This document shows, piece by piece, positions 1-9,768 of a stretch of DNA of 64,000 nucleotides (position 1 is its first letter; each line of letters begins with the position of its first letter). The notes under the pieces were generated by a model, which worked only from the letters and a program-made list of their open reading frames with translations, was not told the DNA's origin and searched no databases. Where the stretch lies: positions 62,001 through 126,000 of IMG/VR virus record IMGVR_UViG_3300021959_006010; one strand, written 5' to 3'. Position numbers and translations under genes: made by a program.

Positions 1-223
1 AAGCTAAAGATGCAAGCACTGGTTCTTCGTCAACTGTTGTCACGGTATAACAAAGTGTATTATTTTTTAAGTTTTCGTCTATAACATAGTTAGGAGATCT
101 TAACTGATCAGACTTTGCTACTTCTTTAAAAATGTAAATAATTTCTTCAGAAGGAACTTCTGTTGTAAAGGTATTAGAATTACCATCTAGCTTTTCGTAT
201 AGTTTTAAAGGTTTGAATCTCAT
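1..223 (-). CDS. hypothetical protein, 3' end runs off window
   Basis: Manual translation MRFKPLKLYEKLDGNSNTF...; ATG at 221-223 overlaps the stop of the upstream ORF (ATGA); no stop before position 1. Confidence 0.65.
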   Translation of the reverse strand, partial: MRFKPLKLYEKLDGNSNTFTTEVPSEEIIYIFKEVAKSDQLRSPNYVIDENLKNNTLCYTVTTVDEEPVLASLA

Positions 224-936
224 AATGTAAACTTGTTTGATTTTTGGAATAGTCTTTTTCTTGCTTTCAGTAAAATATTTTCGTCTGCTACTTTTAGTTC
301 TAACGGAATTTTTTCTTTACGCACTGGTACTAATTGACACAGAGGAGTTCCTGCAGGAATAGTTACACGACCTTTTGTTGTGTGCCAAAACATATGTATA
401 TTAAAGTCACTTTGAAATCCTTCGCATTTGCCAGGACATGCTGTAAATTTTGGATCGTCATCATAGTAGACAGGAAGGATTTGTAATTCATATCCTTTAG
501 GAATATCAAAACTATAAGGTATAAACACTTTAAAAATATGATTATGATAATTTCCTGTAGGTATCTTCATTGGACCTTTATTTGTATCAAATGTAGTAAT
601 TAACGGGTGTTTAAAATCTATAGTATCGAGAAACTCTTTTAGATTAGTTGGATAAAATATTTCAAATTTATCTCCGTCTGTTTCTATTGTAAAGTCATGC
701 CAAGTAGTAGCTATGTAACCAGATTCCATTACATTACGCACACCTGGACACTTTGCTACACTAATAGTACTTGCTCTGCCGTCTGTGACCTTCTTGTATT
801 TTTGAAACGCTGTAGCACACTGTTTGACCCATTTACGCTTATAATCGCGAGCCGGGTAAATAGGGTACTCGTCTGTAATAGCAGTTGCTTCGCTATAAAA
901 TTTAACGCTAGGCTTTTTCAGAAAGGGTATATTCAT
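220..936 (-). CDS. hypothetical protein, possible dUTPase-like beta-clip fold
   Basis: 238 aa; KCPG motif and C-terminal TIPAGTPLCQLVP resemble a common phage family; coupled to neighbours. Confidence 0.55.
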   Translation of the reverse strand: MNIPFLKKPSVKFYSEATAITDEYPIYPARDYKRKWVKQCATAFQKYKKVTDGRASTISVAKCPGVRNVMESGYIATTWHDFTIETDGDKFEIFYPTNLKEFLDTIDFKHPLITTFDTNKGPMKIPTGNYHNHIFKVFIPYSFDIPKGYELQILPVYYDDDPKFTACPGKCEGFQSDFNIHMFWHTTKGRVTIPAGTPLCQLVPVRKEKIPLELKVADENILLKARKRLFQKSNKFTL

Positions 937-2569
937 AATCGTATGCTCTTAGTGATTTTCTAAACGGTGTTAATTTACGTCCTAGTTCGTCTTGTGCTTG
1001 CTCAAAATTTTCTGCAACATACATTAGTTCGTCTGCCCTAAACATTGTATGGAACCAGTAACGTATTGCTCCTGTGCTACGTATTTTACCCTCGACCATT
1101 GCTTCTCGCCAGTGTGTTCGATGTTCTTCCACACGAGCCTTCCAAAATGGCATTTTGTCTAAGTTGTCAAAAAACTCAAGTATTTCGGCACTTGGTTTTA
1201 AAATATCAGTTAACAATTTTGTGTTATTAAATGTATTCATCCACCAAGTATAATCGTACATTGTTAACAGATCTTCTGTGCTAAAACTAAAACAACTGTT
1301 TATAAGATCTTTTCTTACAATATTTGTTTTATCTTGTTTAGTATCAAAATCTTCAAATATTAAATCTCTGTTTCGGTGATAGAATTTATTTGATGTTTGA
1401 TAGATATTATCTCTGTATGCATATGCATGATGTACTTGTAGTTCGTAATCTTCTCTATGGTTTAACAAAAGCGGCATATTAGGAACTGCTTCTAATGCAT
1501 GGAACGCCTGTGTCTCAACACCATGTCCGAAATCTTTGTCTAGTGTGTATAACCAACTTTCAGGTGTTTCTCCCGGAAGACCGAGAATAAGTTCACTGTG
1601 ATAAGGAATGTTATTTTCTTTATAATAGTTGAGAAGATATTCTAGTTGTTCTGTTTTAATATTACTACGGTCATTATATGCAAGAGTTTTCTTACTCCAA
1701 CTTTGAATACCTAATTTTAATGGTGTCCAATGTCCGCTTTCTGCTGCAAAATTATCTTTAAAAAATATTTTACTAATTTCAGGTACATACTTAACACTAT
1801 TTTTAGCAGTGCCGCATAGACTAATAAACACATCATCACGCTTGTGATCACGCATATACTTTGTCATGTCTAGATCACGCTCATACATTCCCCAATTTGC
1901 ATCTATAATTTTAACACCAGTAATTGACTCGCTTTTTAAAAGTTTATCTATAGTCTGATAGTTTACATCGTTGTCATATTTGCTAACAACACTACCTGTA
2001 GCATCGCCCCAGTCGCAATAAGCACACTTAAAAGGACAGCCTCTGTTTGTTTCTAGTACACCTACAAATTTTTCGTCTGTGCTATTTAGAAACTTATCTA
2101 GTGTTCCGTCAAGATACGGAATAGGTGTTCCGTAACGATACTTACCATCCTTTTGTAGCTTATACCATTTTTGTGTAAAGTTGGGATACTCTTTAAGTAA
2201 TTGCAGGAAAATTTCTTCACCACTGCCCGCAACGAATACATCTACCCAAGGACGCTCACCTTCGTATTCTAACCATTCAGTTGGAGTTACTGGAATATTT
2301 GGTCCACCATAGATAATAACACAATCGGGATTGTTTCGTTTGTGCTCTTCTGCAATTTTGTCTACGTGATCCTGACTCCATACATATACAGTAAGACCTA
2401 AAATGTCTACTGTTGAATCTGGAATGTCCTCGTACTTGTAAATTGGATCAATAAACTCGCATTCAGGAGCATTATCGCTATTTTTAATATATGATTCTAA
2501 TAGAGCAGAGCTATACGGAATATAAGGAAGACTTCTCGGAATACTAAAAGACCCCATTTGAATCTTCAT
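908..2569 (-). CDS. B12-binding domain radical SAM protein (class B methyltransferase-like)
   Basis: TNRGCPFKCAYCDWG (CxxxCxxC); N-terminal LGLTVYVW, IIYGGPN and VAGSGEE typical of a cobalamin-binding domain. Confidence 0.85.
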   Translation of the reverse strand: MKIQMGSFSIPRSLPYIPYSSALLESYIKNSDNAPECEFIDPIYKYEDIPDSTVDILGLTVYVWSQDHVDKIAEEHKRNNPDCVIIYGGPNIPVTPTEWLEYEGERPWVDVFVAGSGEEIFLQLLKEYPNFTQKWYKLQKDGKYRYGTPIPYLDGTLDKFLNSTDEKFVGVLETNRGCPFKCAYCDWGDATGSVVSKYDNDVNYQTIDKLLKSESITGVKIIDANWGMYERDLDMTKYMRDHKRDDVFISLCGTAKNSVKYVPEISKIFFKDNFAAESGHWTPLKLGIQSWSKKTLAYNDRSNIKTEQLEYLLNYYKENNIPYHSELILGLPGETPESWLYTLDKDFGHGVETQAFHALEAVPNMPLLLNHREDYELQVHHAYAYRDNIYQTSNKFYHRNRDLIFEDFDTKQDKTNIVRKDLINSCFSFSTEDLLTMYDYTWWMNTFNNTKLLTDILKPSAEILEFFDNLDKMPFWKARVEEHRTHWREAMVEGKIRSTGAIRYWFHTMFRADELMYVAENFEQAQDELGRKLTPFRKSLRAYDYEYTLSEKA

Positions 2570-2571
2570 TT

Positions 2572-3216
2572 TTAATTACCTCTTACAAATAATTTTTCAG
2601 CAAGCCATCCGCCAGTATCCCATTTGTGCAAACGAACACGCTTTGAATCTTTATGATGCTCTCTATGATATCCTTCGCCTGCTATAAAAAAGTTAAGCCA
2701 AGGTACATTTGCTCCGCCGTCTGTACGATGCCCGATTGTGTTTAACAAACCAAATCCTATTTTAGCAAATACAAATGGTATAGCAGCATATGCTAACCAG
2801 AAATAAGGACTAATCAAAAAACTGATAATATTATGAGCAAATAAGATTTTTACATGGTGTCTATGGAAAAACACTAATCTAGGGTTTGCAAACAAGTCTT
2901 TAGCATACTTAGGCGGAATACTAGGAATATCCCATGTAGTAAGCAATACCTTCCAAAAACCTACGTGTTTGGCACTATGTGGATCTTTTTCACTATCACT
3001 GTGATGATGATGCATTCGATGACTTGCTATCCATCCAATTGGAGTTCTAATATACGCAACACTTAGCATAAACAATCCTACCCATTCAAACCAAACAGGA
3101 ACCTTAAATTGTTTATGACAATAATATCTGTGTAACAGAATACTTGCACCGAAGTGAGAAATAATCTCACTCCATACAATGCCTAAAAATATTGCTATTA
3201 GTAACTCGTAGGTCAT
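2572..3216 (-). CDS. membrane fatty acid desaturase (delta-9-like)
   Basis: His boxes HRYYCH, HRMHHHH and HREHH plus hydrophobic segments. Confidence 0.9.
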   Translation of the reverse strand: MTYELLIAIFLGIVWSEIISHFGASILLHRYYCHKQFKVPVWFEWVGLFMLSVAYIRTPIGWIASHRMHHHHSDSEKDPHSAKHVGFWKVLLTTWDIPSIPPKYAKDLFANPRLVFFHRHHVKILFAHNIISFLISPYFWLAYAAIPFVFAKIGFGLLNTIGHRTDGGANVPWLNFFIAGEGYHREHHKDSKRVRLHKWDTGGWLAEKLFVRGN

Positions 3217-3240
3217 TATTACTCCATCATAGTTTAACTA

Positions 3241-3248
3241 TATTTATA
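3241..3248 (-). promoter_or_regulatory. T4-type late promoter motif TATAAATA
   Basis: Exact T4 late consensus 25 nt upstream of the desaturase, overlapping a sigma70 -10 box. Confidence 0.6.
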
Positions 3249-3276
3249 TTATACTATTACTCGAGAGTAATGTCAA
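3248..3276 (-). promoter_or_regulatory. sigma70-type promoter
   Basis: TTGACA-N17-TATAAT, perfect consensus. Confidence 0.8.
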
Positions 3277-3288
3277 GAATTTATTTTA

Positions 3289-4587
3289 TTAAGTATTTAA
3301 ATTAACCCAAGATGCTCCGTCATAACCTTGGAATCTAGCAGCACCTGTGCCGTCATCGGTTAAGAACACCATCATTCCTGCTACTGGAGAAGCAATGGCT
3401 GCATCTCTAGCGGCTACATCAGCGTAAACACCAGGTTTAATAGCACCACCAACGTCTAATGTTGCTTGTGGCGTAAGTCCTGCACCAACAGATAGACTAC
3501 CATTGGTCCACGCTAGGAATTTGGTTATATCTGCTGTGTTAGCATCTGGATCGTTAAATAGAGCTATAAAATCTCTATTACCTTGTATAAGGCTAGTAGT
3601 TACAATACCGTTGATATCTTTTCTTGAAAATTGCAATCTACCATAAGTTAGATTACTACCACTTATATCAGCAGTTGAAGCTCTTATACTTTGGAATACA
3701 GATAGATTATCTGTACTTTCTACAGTTCCGTATACACTTCCTGGAGTCGGAGAAGTAATAGTAACATTTTGATTTAATGTTTGTAGACTGTCTGTAGTTA
3801 CAGAATTTGCTGTGATTGCTTTAGTAGTAGAATCAATTATAGTAGCTGCATCTGCTGCTATAACATTACCAGTTACATTACCAGTAACTCCACCGATAAC
3901 ATCACCTCTATATACAGGAGCAAGAATGCCATCTTTAACTTCAACTACAATAGTAGTACCGTCTGATGCATATATATCACCTGTTACACTACCTGTAACA
4001 TCACCTGTCATTGTTGTACTTACTACATTTGCAAAACTAGCAGTTGAAGTACCACCGACTATATTAAATCCGTTTAATTGTAGATCTGCACTTAAGGTAG
4101 GATTGTCATCATTTGCAAGATCGGCGTCGATAAATTCTAGGGTTCCGCCAACGCCTTGTGCTAATACTTGTCCTGCTAAACCTTGTACAACGTCAAGTTC
4201 TGCAACACCAACACTATCAGCTGGTATTGTTAACGCTGCTTGATCAGTCCATTGAAGGTTAGTACCGTCATAAAATAAGATTTGGTTTGTTGTTGGGTCA
4301 GGTCCAACATAGCCTATGTTTGCTAGTTGTACTTTAGTGTAAAGTAAATTTCCTGCTCCATCAGATCCTAATAATTGACCTGCATCACCTGCTGGGACAT
4401 TTAACTCACTCTCACCAACAGAATTTACTGGTATACTACCAATTGTTGATGTAAAATTTACACCACCCTGTGTCGAACCGTCACCGACGAATACTTGCTT
4501 TGTATCGGTTGTATAGACTAGTTCGCCTTCTTCGAACGTAAGCTGGATTCGCTCTGCATCAGTTCCTCGTCTTAGACGTAAAGCCAT
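3289..4587 (-). CDS. tail fibre-like protein with Mtd/hyaluronidase-type N-terminal anchor
   Basis: N-term LRLRRGT...EGELVYTTDTKQVFVGDG; GQxLxxDGxGN repeats; GxVTGxVTG beta repeats. Confidence 0.7.
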   Translation of the reverse strand: MALRLRRGTDAERIQLTFEEGELVYTTDTKQVFVGDGSTQGGVNFTSTIGSIPVNSVGESELNVPAGDAGQLLGSDGAGNLLYTKVQLANIGYVGPDPTTNQILFYDGTNLQWTDQAALTIPADSVGVAELDVVQGLAGQVLAQGVGGTLEFIDADLANDDNPTLSADLQLNGFNIVGGTSTASFANVVSTTMTGDVTGSVTGDIYASDGTTIVVEVKDGILAPVYRGDVIGGVTGNVTGNVIAADAATIIDSTTKAITANSVTTDSLQTLNQNVTITSPTPGSVYGTVESTDNLSVFQSIRASTADISGSNLTYGRLQFSRKDINGIVTTSLIQGNRDFIALFNDPDANTADITKFLAWTNGSLSVGAGLTPQATLDVGGAIKPGVYADVAARDAAIASPVAGMMVFLTDDGTGAARFQGYDGASWVNLNT

Positions 4588-4621
4588 TCTTATAACTCCT
4601 AGAATTGTTATTTATTATTAG

Positions 4622-4629
4622 TATTTATC
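4622..4629 (-). promoter_or_regulatory. late promoter-like motif GATAAATA
   Basis: Recurrent intergenic motif, upstream of the tail fibre gene. Confidence 0.55.
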
Positions 4630-4637
4630 CTTTGATG

Positions 4638-4958
4638 CTACTTCTTCTTTTTAAGAAAAATACGAGTTTGTTCAGTAATATCTCTTTTTACCTTCTCAAC
4701 ATCTAGCACAAAACTAACTCCAGAAATTACATCTTCGTACTCACTAAACAAGTCGTCAAGAGATTCTTCTAAGTCATCAAGAATCTCTTCTGTATTTTCT
4801 GTATCAGCTAAATTAACATCAATCACCCAAGTTTTGTCATCCTCAAAAGTAACTTCGATTTGTCGAAGATATTCTATCGGAACAACATTTACGTCAACAT
4901 CATTTAGTACTTCAGGCCATTTGTCTATAATGTCTTTAGGAAGTCTATTCTTTGACAC
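4638..4958 (-). CDS. hypothetical acidic protein
   Basis: 106 aa ORF overlapping the upstream gene. Confidence 0.75.
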   Translation of the reverse strand: MSKNRLPKDIIDKWPEVLNDVDVNVVPIEYLRQIEVTFEDDKTWVIDVNLADTENTEEILDDLEESLDDLFSEYEDVISGVSFVLDVEKVKRDITEQTRIFLKKKK

Positions 4959-5580
4959 TCTCTTGGGTCTTTGATTTGGCTGTTCTCTTTTTAGTCGGAA
5001 CTAGCTCTTCTGCTTGTTCTCTAAGTCTTTTTGCTTCTTTGAACAAAGCATCTGCTTGAGAACGATACTGTGCTGCCAAGTCTTCGTCAGTTAAAACACC
5101 GTCTGTCGCCGTTTGTACGGGCTCTACAGCAGGTGTTGTACTTTCTGTAGTCTTCGGTGCATTTTCTGTTGTTTGAGCTGTTGCTGTTAAATTCGCACTT
5201 AAAGCTAAATCTGCAACGGTAACACCTTTTTGTTCTGCAACCAAATCATTTAATTGTTTTAGGTTAATAGCACTCTGAGAGTTAGGAATCATGTCAACAT
5301 CAGAACTTTTATATTTTACAATCTTTCCGGTACGATGGAATTGTGTCAACATATTACGGCCATCTGGCAATGTTGTTCTTGCCATTGCTTCGCCTAGTTC
5401 GTATGCAGTTTGACCTGTATTTGATTCTACAAGTTTCATAAGTGTGTCGTGTTGATCGGCATCTAATGTTTCGGGATGTACAACTAGGCAACTTTCAGGA
5501 TCGCCTGGGACGACCCTGTAAGCTACAATTAGTTTACGGTTATTAGATGCTAAACGACCAACATGCTTTAGATCGGGCAT
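4945..5580 (-). CDS. hypothetical protein
   Basis: 211 aa; globular N-terminus, low-complexity linker, C-terminal coiled coil. Confidence 0.8.
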   Translation of the reverse strand: MPDLKHVGRLASNNRKLIVAYRVVPGDPESCLVVHPETLDADQHDTLMKLVESNTGQTAYELGEAMARTTLPDGRNMLTQFHRTGKIVKYKSSDVDMIPNSQSAINLKQLNDLVAEQKGVTVADLALSANLTATAQTTENAPKTTESTTPAVEPVQTATDGVLTDEDLAAQYRSQADALFKEAKRLREQAEELVPTKKRTAKSKTQESVKE

Positions 5581-5581
5581 A

Positions 5582-5878
5582 TTAATCTCCTAGTACTGTT
5601 TGCTCCGCAACTGATTGCGAAGTAGCTTCGGCTGCTGTAGCTTCTGGTGCATCAGCAGTTGCTTCTTCTGATGCTTTCTGTTGTGCCGCTACAGCGTTTA
5701 GAAATGTTTCTAATTTTGTGTACGTTGTACCAACAGTAGTCATTTCGTTAGGCTTAAATGCGCCACGCTGACTTGCTACATCAATAATTACTTTTAGTGC
5801 ATTTAGATCCTGTACAGTTAGTTCTGCTGGTGCAGCCTGTGTTGCTTCAGTTTCTGGTGCAGTTGTTTGCTCGCTCAT
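5582..5878 (-). CDS. hypothetical protein
   Basis: 98 aa; GGAG RBS; Ala/Glu-rich ends. Confidence 0.75.
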   Translation of the reverse strand: MSEQTTAPETEATQAAPAELTVQDLNALKVIIDVASQRGAFKPNEMTTVGTTYTKLETFLNAVAAQQKASEEATADAPEATAAEATSQSVAEQTVLGD

Positions 5879-5916
5879 ATTTTACTCCTTTTGTATAATT
5901 ATATATGCGATGTTAT

Positions 5917-6198
5917 TTACTTATATTTTAAATGTGGACAAGCTAGCATAAAGTAGCTAGCTTCTTTTGGATCTTCAAATCCAATTTTTATAACACTTAC
6001 AATTTTGTTATCACTATCTATGTCAATGCTTTTACCGACGTAGTATCTTCCTTTTAAGTGTTCGTCAATCCAATTAGACATACTGTCTTGTATATTATAT
6101 ATCATAGGTTGACTTAAAACTTCAAAATGTGGAGGTAAGTACTCTGACTTCCGCAGATTAAAAAATTCCAAAGGATTTGGTTTTTTATTTTTTATCAC
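5917..6198 (-). CDS. hypothetical protein
   Basis: 93 aa; start overlaps upstream stop. Confidence 0.7.
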   Translation of the reverse strand: MIKNKKPNPLEFFNLRKSEYLPPHFEVLSQPMIYNIQDSMSNWIDEHLKGRYYVGKSIDIDSDNKIVSVIKIGFEDPKEASYFMLACPHLKYK

Positions 6199-7541
6199 GC
6201 AGCTTCCTCATAATGTGCAGTCTGACCAAATGGTGCTTGTAGCTCTTTATTGTGATTAGAGTGTATCACAAACACTGTGTCACAGTAATCTGGATCTCCC
6301 CATGAGTCCCAAGCATACCCGTCTGTAAACATTAGAAACTTCTTAGGCTGAATGTCTTGTTCTTTCATATAAGTCCAGTTTGCCATAAAGTCAGTACCGC
6401 CACCACCGTGGATTTCGTAGTCAAGTAGATCTTCGCCACCATCGGCAGTATAGTCTTGTTCGTTGTAAACGATAGTATCAAAACACCAGATCTTAATTCG
6501 ATAGTCTTTGTATTCTTCCATAATACCTTTAACTTCGCCTAAGAAATCTTGTGCTTGATCGTTGCCAATCGAACCGCTCATGTCTAGTGCAATACAAATG
6601 TCAATTGTTTCGTCAAAGTTCATGCCTGGCAAAATAGCACCTGTGTGCCAGCCTTTGCGTGACGGACGACTAAATGTGTAATCGTTCTTAATAGTTGACT
6701 GAATTTGTTGACGAAGAATCTCACGCCAATTCATCTTAGGCTCTGTAAGCTCTTTAATCATGCGTTGGATTTCGCCTGGTACATTACCTGCGCCTGCACT
6801 TTGAGAAGCTGAAATCATAGCTTCTTTAAGTTCGTCTCGAATCTCACGTAGTTCTTCTTTAGAGTATTTAGGACGACCTTTGCCTTTACCTTCACCTTCT
6901 TTATCAGCGTCATCAGCACTGTTTTCGCCGCCGTCACCGGACTCCCAGTCGTAATGCTCGTCAAGCATTTCGCCTAGTTGCTCCATAAATTCTTCGCCGT
7001 TCTTTTTAGCTTGTTCGAATAAGTCATCATATACTTGTTCTGATGTCCAGTCGTTATATTTAAAGTCTTGGAAACAATCAACAATTTTGGGTTTTTCGCC
7101 AATACGATCACGGACAAGCAAATTGTTTACAATATAATCTGCGGCAATGTTATAAAGCATAGGATTGCGATCTTCGCGGCGTGTTAAGTGATCAAATACG
7201 CAGTGCAAGATTTCGTGCGCAATAACAAACTCAATTTCTTTATTTGTCATTGCATTAAAGAACTGAGTGTTATAATAAAGATTACGTCCGTCTGTTGCCG
7301 CAGTCATGCACCAGTCGTCGCAGTTTTGAATTTTAAGTCGAGTAGCAAGATTGCCAAAGAACGGATGACGCAATAGCAAACCTACTCGTGCAGTAATTAC
7401 ACGATCGTGTACGTCTGCTCTCATTTTTTCAAGAGCTTCGCCTACAATAGTGGGATCAGGTTCCCAATTTTTAAGTTTAGTTTGAGTTTCTTTTGCAGAC
7501 ATGTGCATTGCTACATCTAACATTATTACGCCCTTTGTCAT
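6195..7541 (-). CDS. putative metallopeptidase plus VWA-like domain protein (DUF2201-like)
   Basis: HEILH (HExxH); acidic linker; MIDAS-like DMSGS, GGGTDF and FTDG. Confidence 0.85.
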   Translation of the reverse strand: MTKGVIMLDVAMHMSAKETQTKLKNWEPDPTIVGEALEKMRADVHDRVITARVGLLLRHPFFGNLATRLKIQNCDDWCMTAATDGRNLYYNTQFFNAMTNKEIEFVIAHEILHCVFDHLTRREDRNPMLYNIAADYIVNNLLVRDRIGEKPKIVDCFQDFKYNDWTSEQVYDDLFEQAKKNGEEFMEQLGEMLDEHYDWESGDGGENSADDADKEGEGKGKGRPKYSKEELREIRDELKEAMISASQSAGAGNVPGEIQRMIKELTEPKMNWREILRQQIQSTIKNDYTFSRPSRKGWHTGAILPGMNFDETIDICIALDMSGSIGNDQAQDFLGEVKGIMEEYKDYRIKIWCFDTIVYNEQDYTADGGEDLLDYEIHGGGGTDFMANWTYMKEQDIQPKKFLMFTDGYAWDSWGDPDYCDTVFVIHSNHNKELQAPFGQTAHYEEAA

Positions 7542-7554
7542 TTTCTATACAAGT

Positions 7555-7583
7555 ATAATAGCATTATTTAACAGTTTTGTCAA
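7555..7583 (-). promoter_or_regulatory. sigma70-type promoter
   Basis: TTGACA-N17-TATTAT upstream of the VWA gene. Confidence 0.6.
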
Positions 7584-7587
7584 CCAG

Positions 7588-7622
7588 AAAAAAAGAAAGT
7601 GAGCAGTTTCCTGCTCACTTTC
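7588..7622 (-). terminator. Rho-independent terminator after the MoxR gene
   Basis: 12 bp stem GAAAGTGAGCAG/CTGCTCACTTTC, 4 nt loop, T7 tract on the minus strand. Confidence 0.85.
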
Positions 7623-7630
7623 GTATCACC

Positions 7631-8710
7631 TTAAGCTTGCTGGGCAGCCTTAATGTAATGTCCATACTTGTCGTGGAACTCGTCAAAGCATTCGACTTCG
7701 TCAGGATCAATTGGCAATGAGTATTGAGTAAGGGCAAGTTTAATACCCATTACAACTAGTTCAGTTTCAAAGTTATCCATTGCAAAGCGCAAGAAGTTGT
7801 TAACTTTGTCATCGAACTTTTTATCACCTTTATCGCATGCTTCTTTGAGCTCGTAGCAAAGAGAAACAGTTAAGGAATACATAGCACTGATTTCTTTTGT
7901 TTTAAGCTCTTTGACCTTACCAACAAGAATGTCACTAGGATTAGGCATTTGACCAGCTACTTTACGGTGAGCCATAAACTTAACAGCAAGTCCTTCGCCT
8001 ACAGATCCTGCAACAAGATCAGTAGTTGTCTCGTCGTCTAATTGATCTTCAATTAGTTCTGAAACAAACGACCATGAGCGAGGTGTTGCAAATGAGCGGC
8101 TTGGAGATTTAGGATCGAACGTATACAAATCACCTTTGCTAAACTGTAAGAAACCAACAACATCTTTGTGGATTTTGTTGTCAACAGCCCACTGGAACCA
8201 GTCGTCAAAGTTTACAGCAAGTTCTAAGTGTACAAAGCGGTTTGCAAGCGGAGCAGGCATACGGTAAGTAACGCCTTTGTCTGCTTCGCGGTTACCTGCC
8301 GCAACAATAATTACATTGTCAGGCAGTACGTAAGTTCCAACCTTGCGGTTAAGAATAAGTTGATAGGCAGCTGCCTGTACAGCAGGCGCCGCTGAGTTCA
8401 TTTCGTCTAGGAAAAGAACGATGTATTCGTGTTTTGATGCTAGTTCTGCATCAGGCAATTCTGCCGGAGCACCCCATACCATTTTGCCCTGGTTGGCATC
8501 AAAGTATGGAATACCTTTAATATCTGTAGGTTCCCAAAGAGACAAACGAACGTCAATGACAGGTGCATTAATCGTGTCTGCAATTTGGTGTACAATATCT
8601 GATTTACCAATACCTGGAGGCCCCCAAAGGAAAATCGGACGCTTTTTAAGCATAGAATGACGAAGTGCTTTCTTTGCTTTATTCGGGCTTACTGTACGTG
8701 CTTCTGACAT
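7631..8710 (-). CDS. MoxR-like AAA+ ATPase
   Basis: Walker A GPPGIGKS, Walker B LFLDE, AAGN, PLANRF Arg finger. Confidence 0.88.
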   Translation of the reverse strand: MSEARTVSPNKAKKALRHSMLKKRPIFLWGPPGIGKSDIVHQIADTINAPVIDVRLSLWEPTDIKGIPYFDANQGKMVWGAPAELPDAELASKHEYIVLFLDEMNSAAPAVQAAAYQLILNRKVGTYVLPDNVIIVAAGNREADKGVTYRMPAPLANRFVHLELAVNFDDWFQWAVDNKIHKDVVGFLQFSKGDLYTFDPKSPSRSFATPRSWSFVSELIEDQLDDETTTDLVAGSVGEGLAVKFMAHRKVAGQMPNPSDILVGKVKELKTKEISAMYSLTVSLCYELKEACDKGDKKFDDKVNNFLRFAMDNFETELVVMGIKLALTQYSLPIDPDEVECFDEFHDKYGHYIKAAQQA

Positions 8711-8759
8711 AGTATATTCCTTGTGTTTGGATCAGTGCTTAATTTCTTACTATACATAT

Positions 8760-8787
8760 ATAATAACATCATTAGAGCAAATGTCAA
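8760..8787 (-). promoter_or_regulatory. sigma70-type promoter
   Basis: TTGACA-N16-TATTAT upstream of the MoxR gene. Confidence 0.55.
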
Positions 8788-8793
8788 CCGTTT

Positions 8794-9177
8794 TTAAGAT
8801 TTTTTTTGTCTAGACATTGCTTTAGTTAACCCGTATTTTCGTAAGTCTCCAGAAAACAAAGTTAGTTCGACTGCTTTACGTTCGTTAGTTACTGTAATGC
8901 TTCTGTTTGTAAGATAGTAAGGACAGTCGATAAACTTGTCTAAAAATATAATAACCTGTGTTGTTAACGGCATGTCTTTTGGATATGGTATGTCGTATGT
9001 TGCTATTTCTATTTGTTGCAAAACTTTAAAACCTTCGTCAGTGAGTCTAAGTCCGCCTTGTGCCTTTACTCTGGTGTTTTGCCACCACAAAGGCATATAC
9101 TGAGCTAGTGTTGCTTGGTCAGTACTTTTGTCTAACTGTTTTAGAAAGATCTTGGTATAAGTTTCTTTCCAGTTCAT
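8794..9177 (-). CDS. hypothetical protein
   Basis: 127 aa; coupled to upstream ORF. Confidence 0.75.
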   Translation of the reverse strand: MNWKETYTKIFLKQLDKSTDQATLAQYMPLWWQNTRVKAQGGLRLTDEGFKVLQQIEIATYDIPYPKDMPLTTQVIIFLDKFIDCPYYLTNRSITVTNERKAVELTLFSGDLRKYGLTKAMSRQKKS

Positions 9178-9461
9178 TCTTTTACAATTTCACCTGCTGT
9201 AAGTTTATAAACTTTAAAATCGTCTACATTAAACAATTCGTTTAATTTTTTAGCTAGGTTTAGTGCATGACCTGGATTAGAGAAACTTGTTTTTTTATAT
9301 TTTGGCCCCGGATAGTTGGTAAGAATATTAGAACTCTTTAAGTTAAATGGCTTATCTTTATAAAATACTGCCCAGATTGCTTCAGCATCTAAAATCTGTT
9401 CACTCTTATAATTCTTTTTATTAACATATTCTAATAAAACGTTTGGCTTAGGCCTACTCAT
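9174..9461 (-). CDS. hypothetical protein
   Basis: 95 aa; preceded by a GATAAATA motif. Confidence 0.75.
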   Translation of the reverse strand: MSRPKPNVLLEYVNKKNYKSEQILDAEAIWAVFYKDKPFNLKSSNILTNYPGPKYKKTSFSNPGHALNLAKKLNELFNVDDFKVYKLTAGEIVKE

Positions 9462-9491
9462 ATGCGTAATTCCTTTAATTATATACGCATA

Positions 9492-9499
9492 TATTTATC
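9492..9499 (-). promoter_or_regulatory. late promoter-like motif GATAAATA
   Basis: Recurrent intergenic motif. Confidence 0.5.
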
Positions 9500-9522
9500 T
9501 CAAAAAATAGTTAAGTGCGCAG

Positions 9523-9768
9523 TTATCTCCAATTATTTCCGCCATCTAGTTGAACTTCGATCACTTGTTCGTCTGTGCTCTTTTGTTCTTTTACTAGTTT
9601 TTCGAGATCGCCTTCTAGGCGAGACATAACCTCGCCTAGTGTAAATGCAAGTCGTTTTGCTTGTTCGATGCTAAGTTTAACTTCTTTTGCTCTACTAGCA
9701 TCTGCACCCTTTACCTGTTGTATAAATTGCTGTAAAGGAATAGTGTTAAGAGGTTCAACGGTTTGCAC
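9523..9768 (-). CDS. hypothetical protein
   Basis: 81 aa helical ORF. Confidence 0.7.
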   Translation of the reverse strand: MQTVEPLNTIPLQQFIQQVKGADASRAKEVKLSIEQAKRLAFTLGEVMSRLEGDLEKLVKEQKSTDEQVIEVQLDGGNNWR

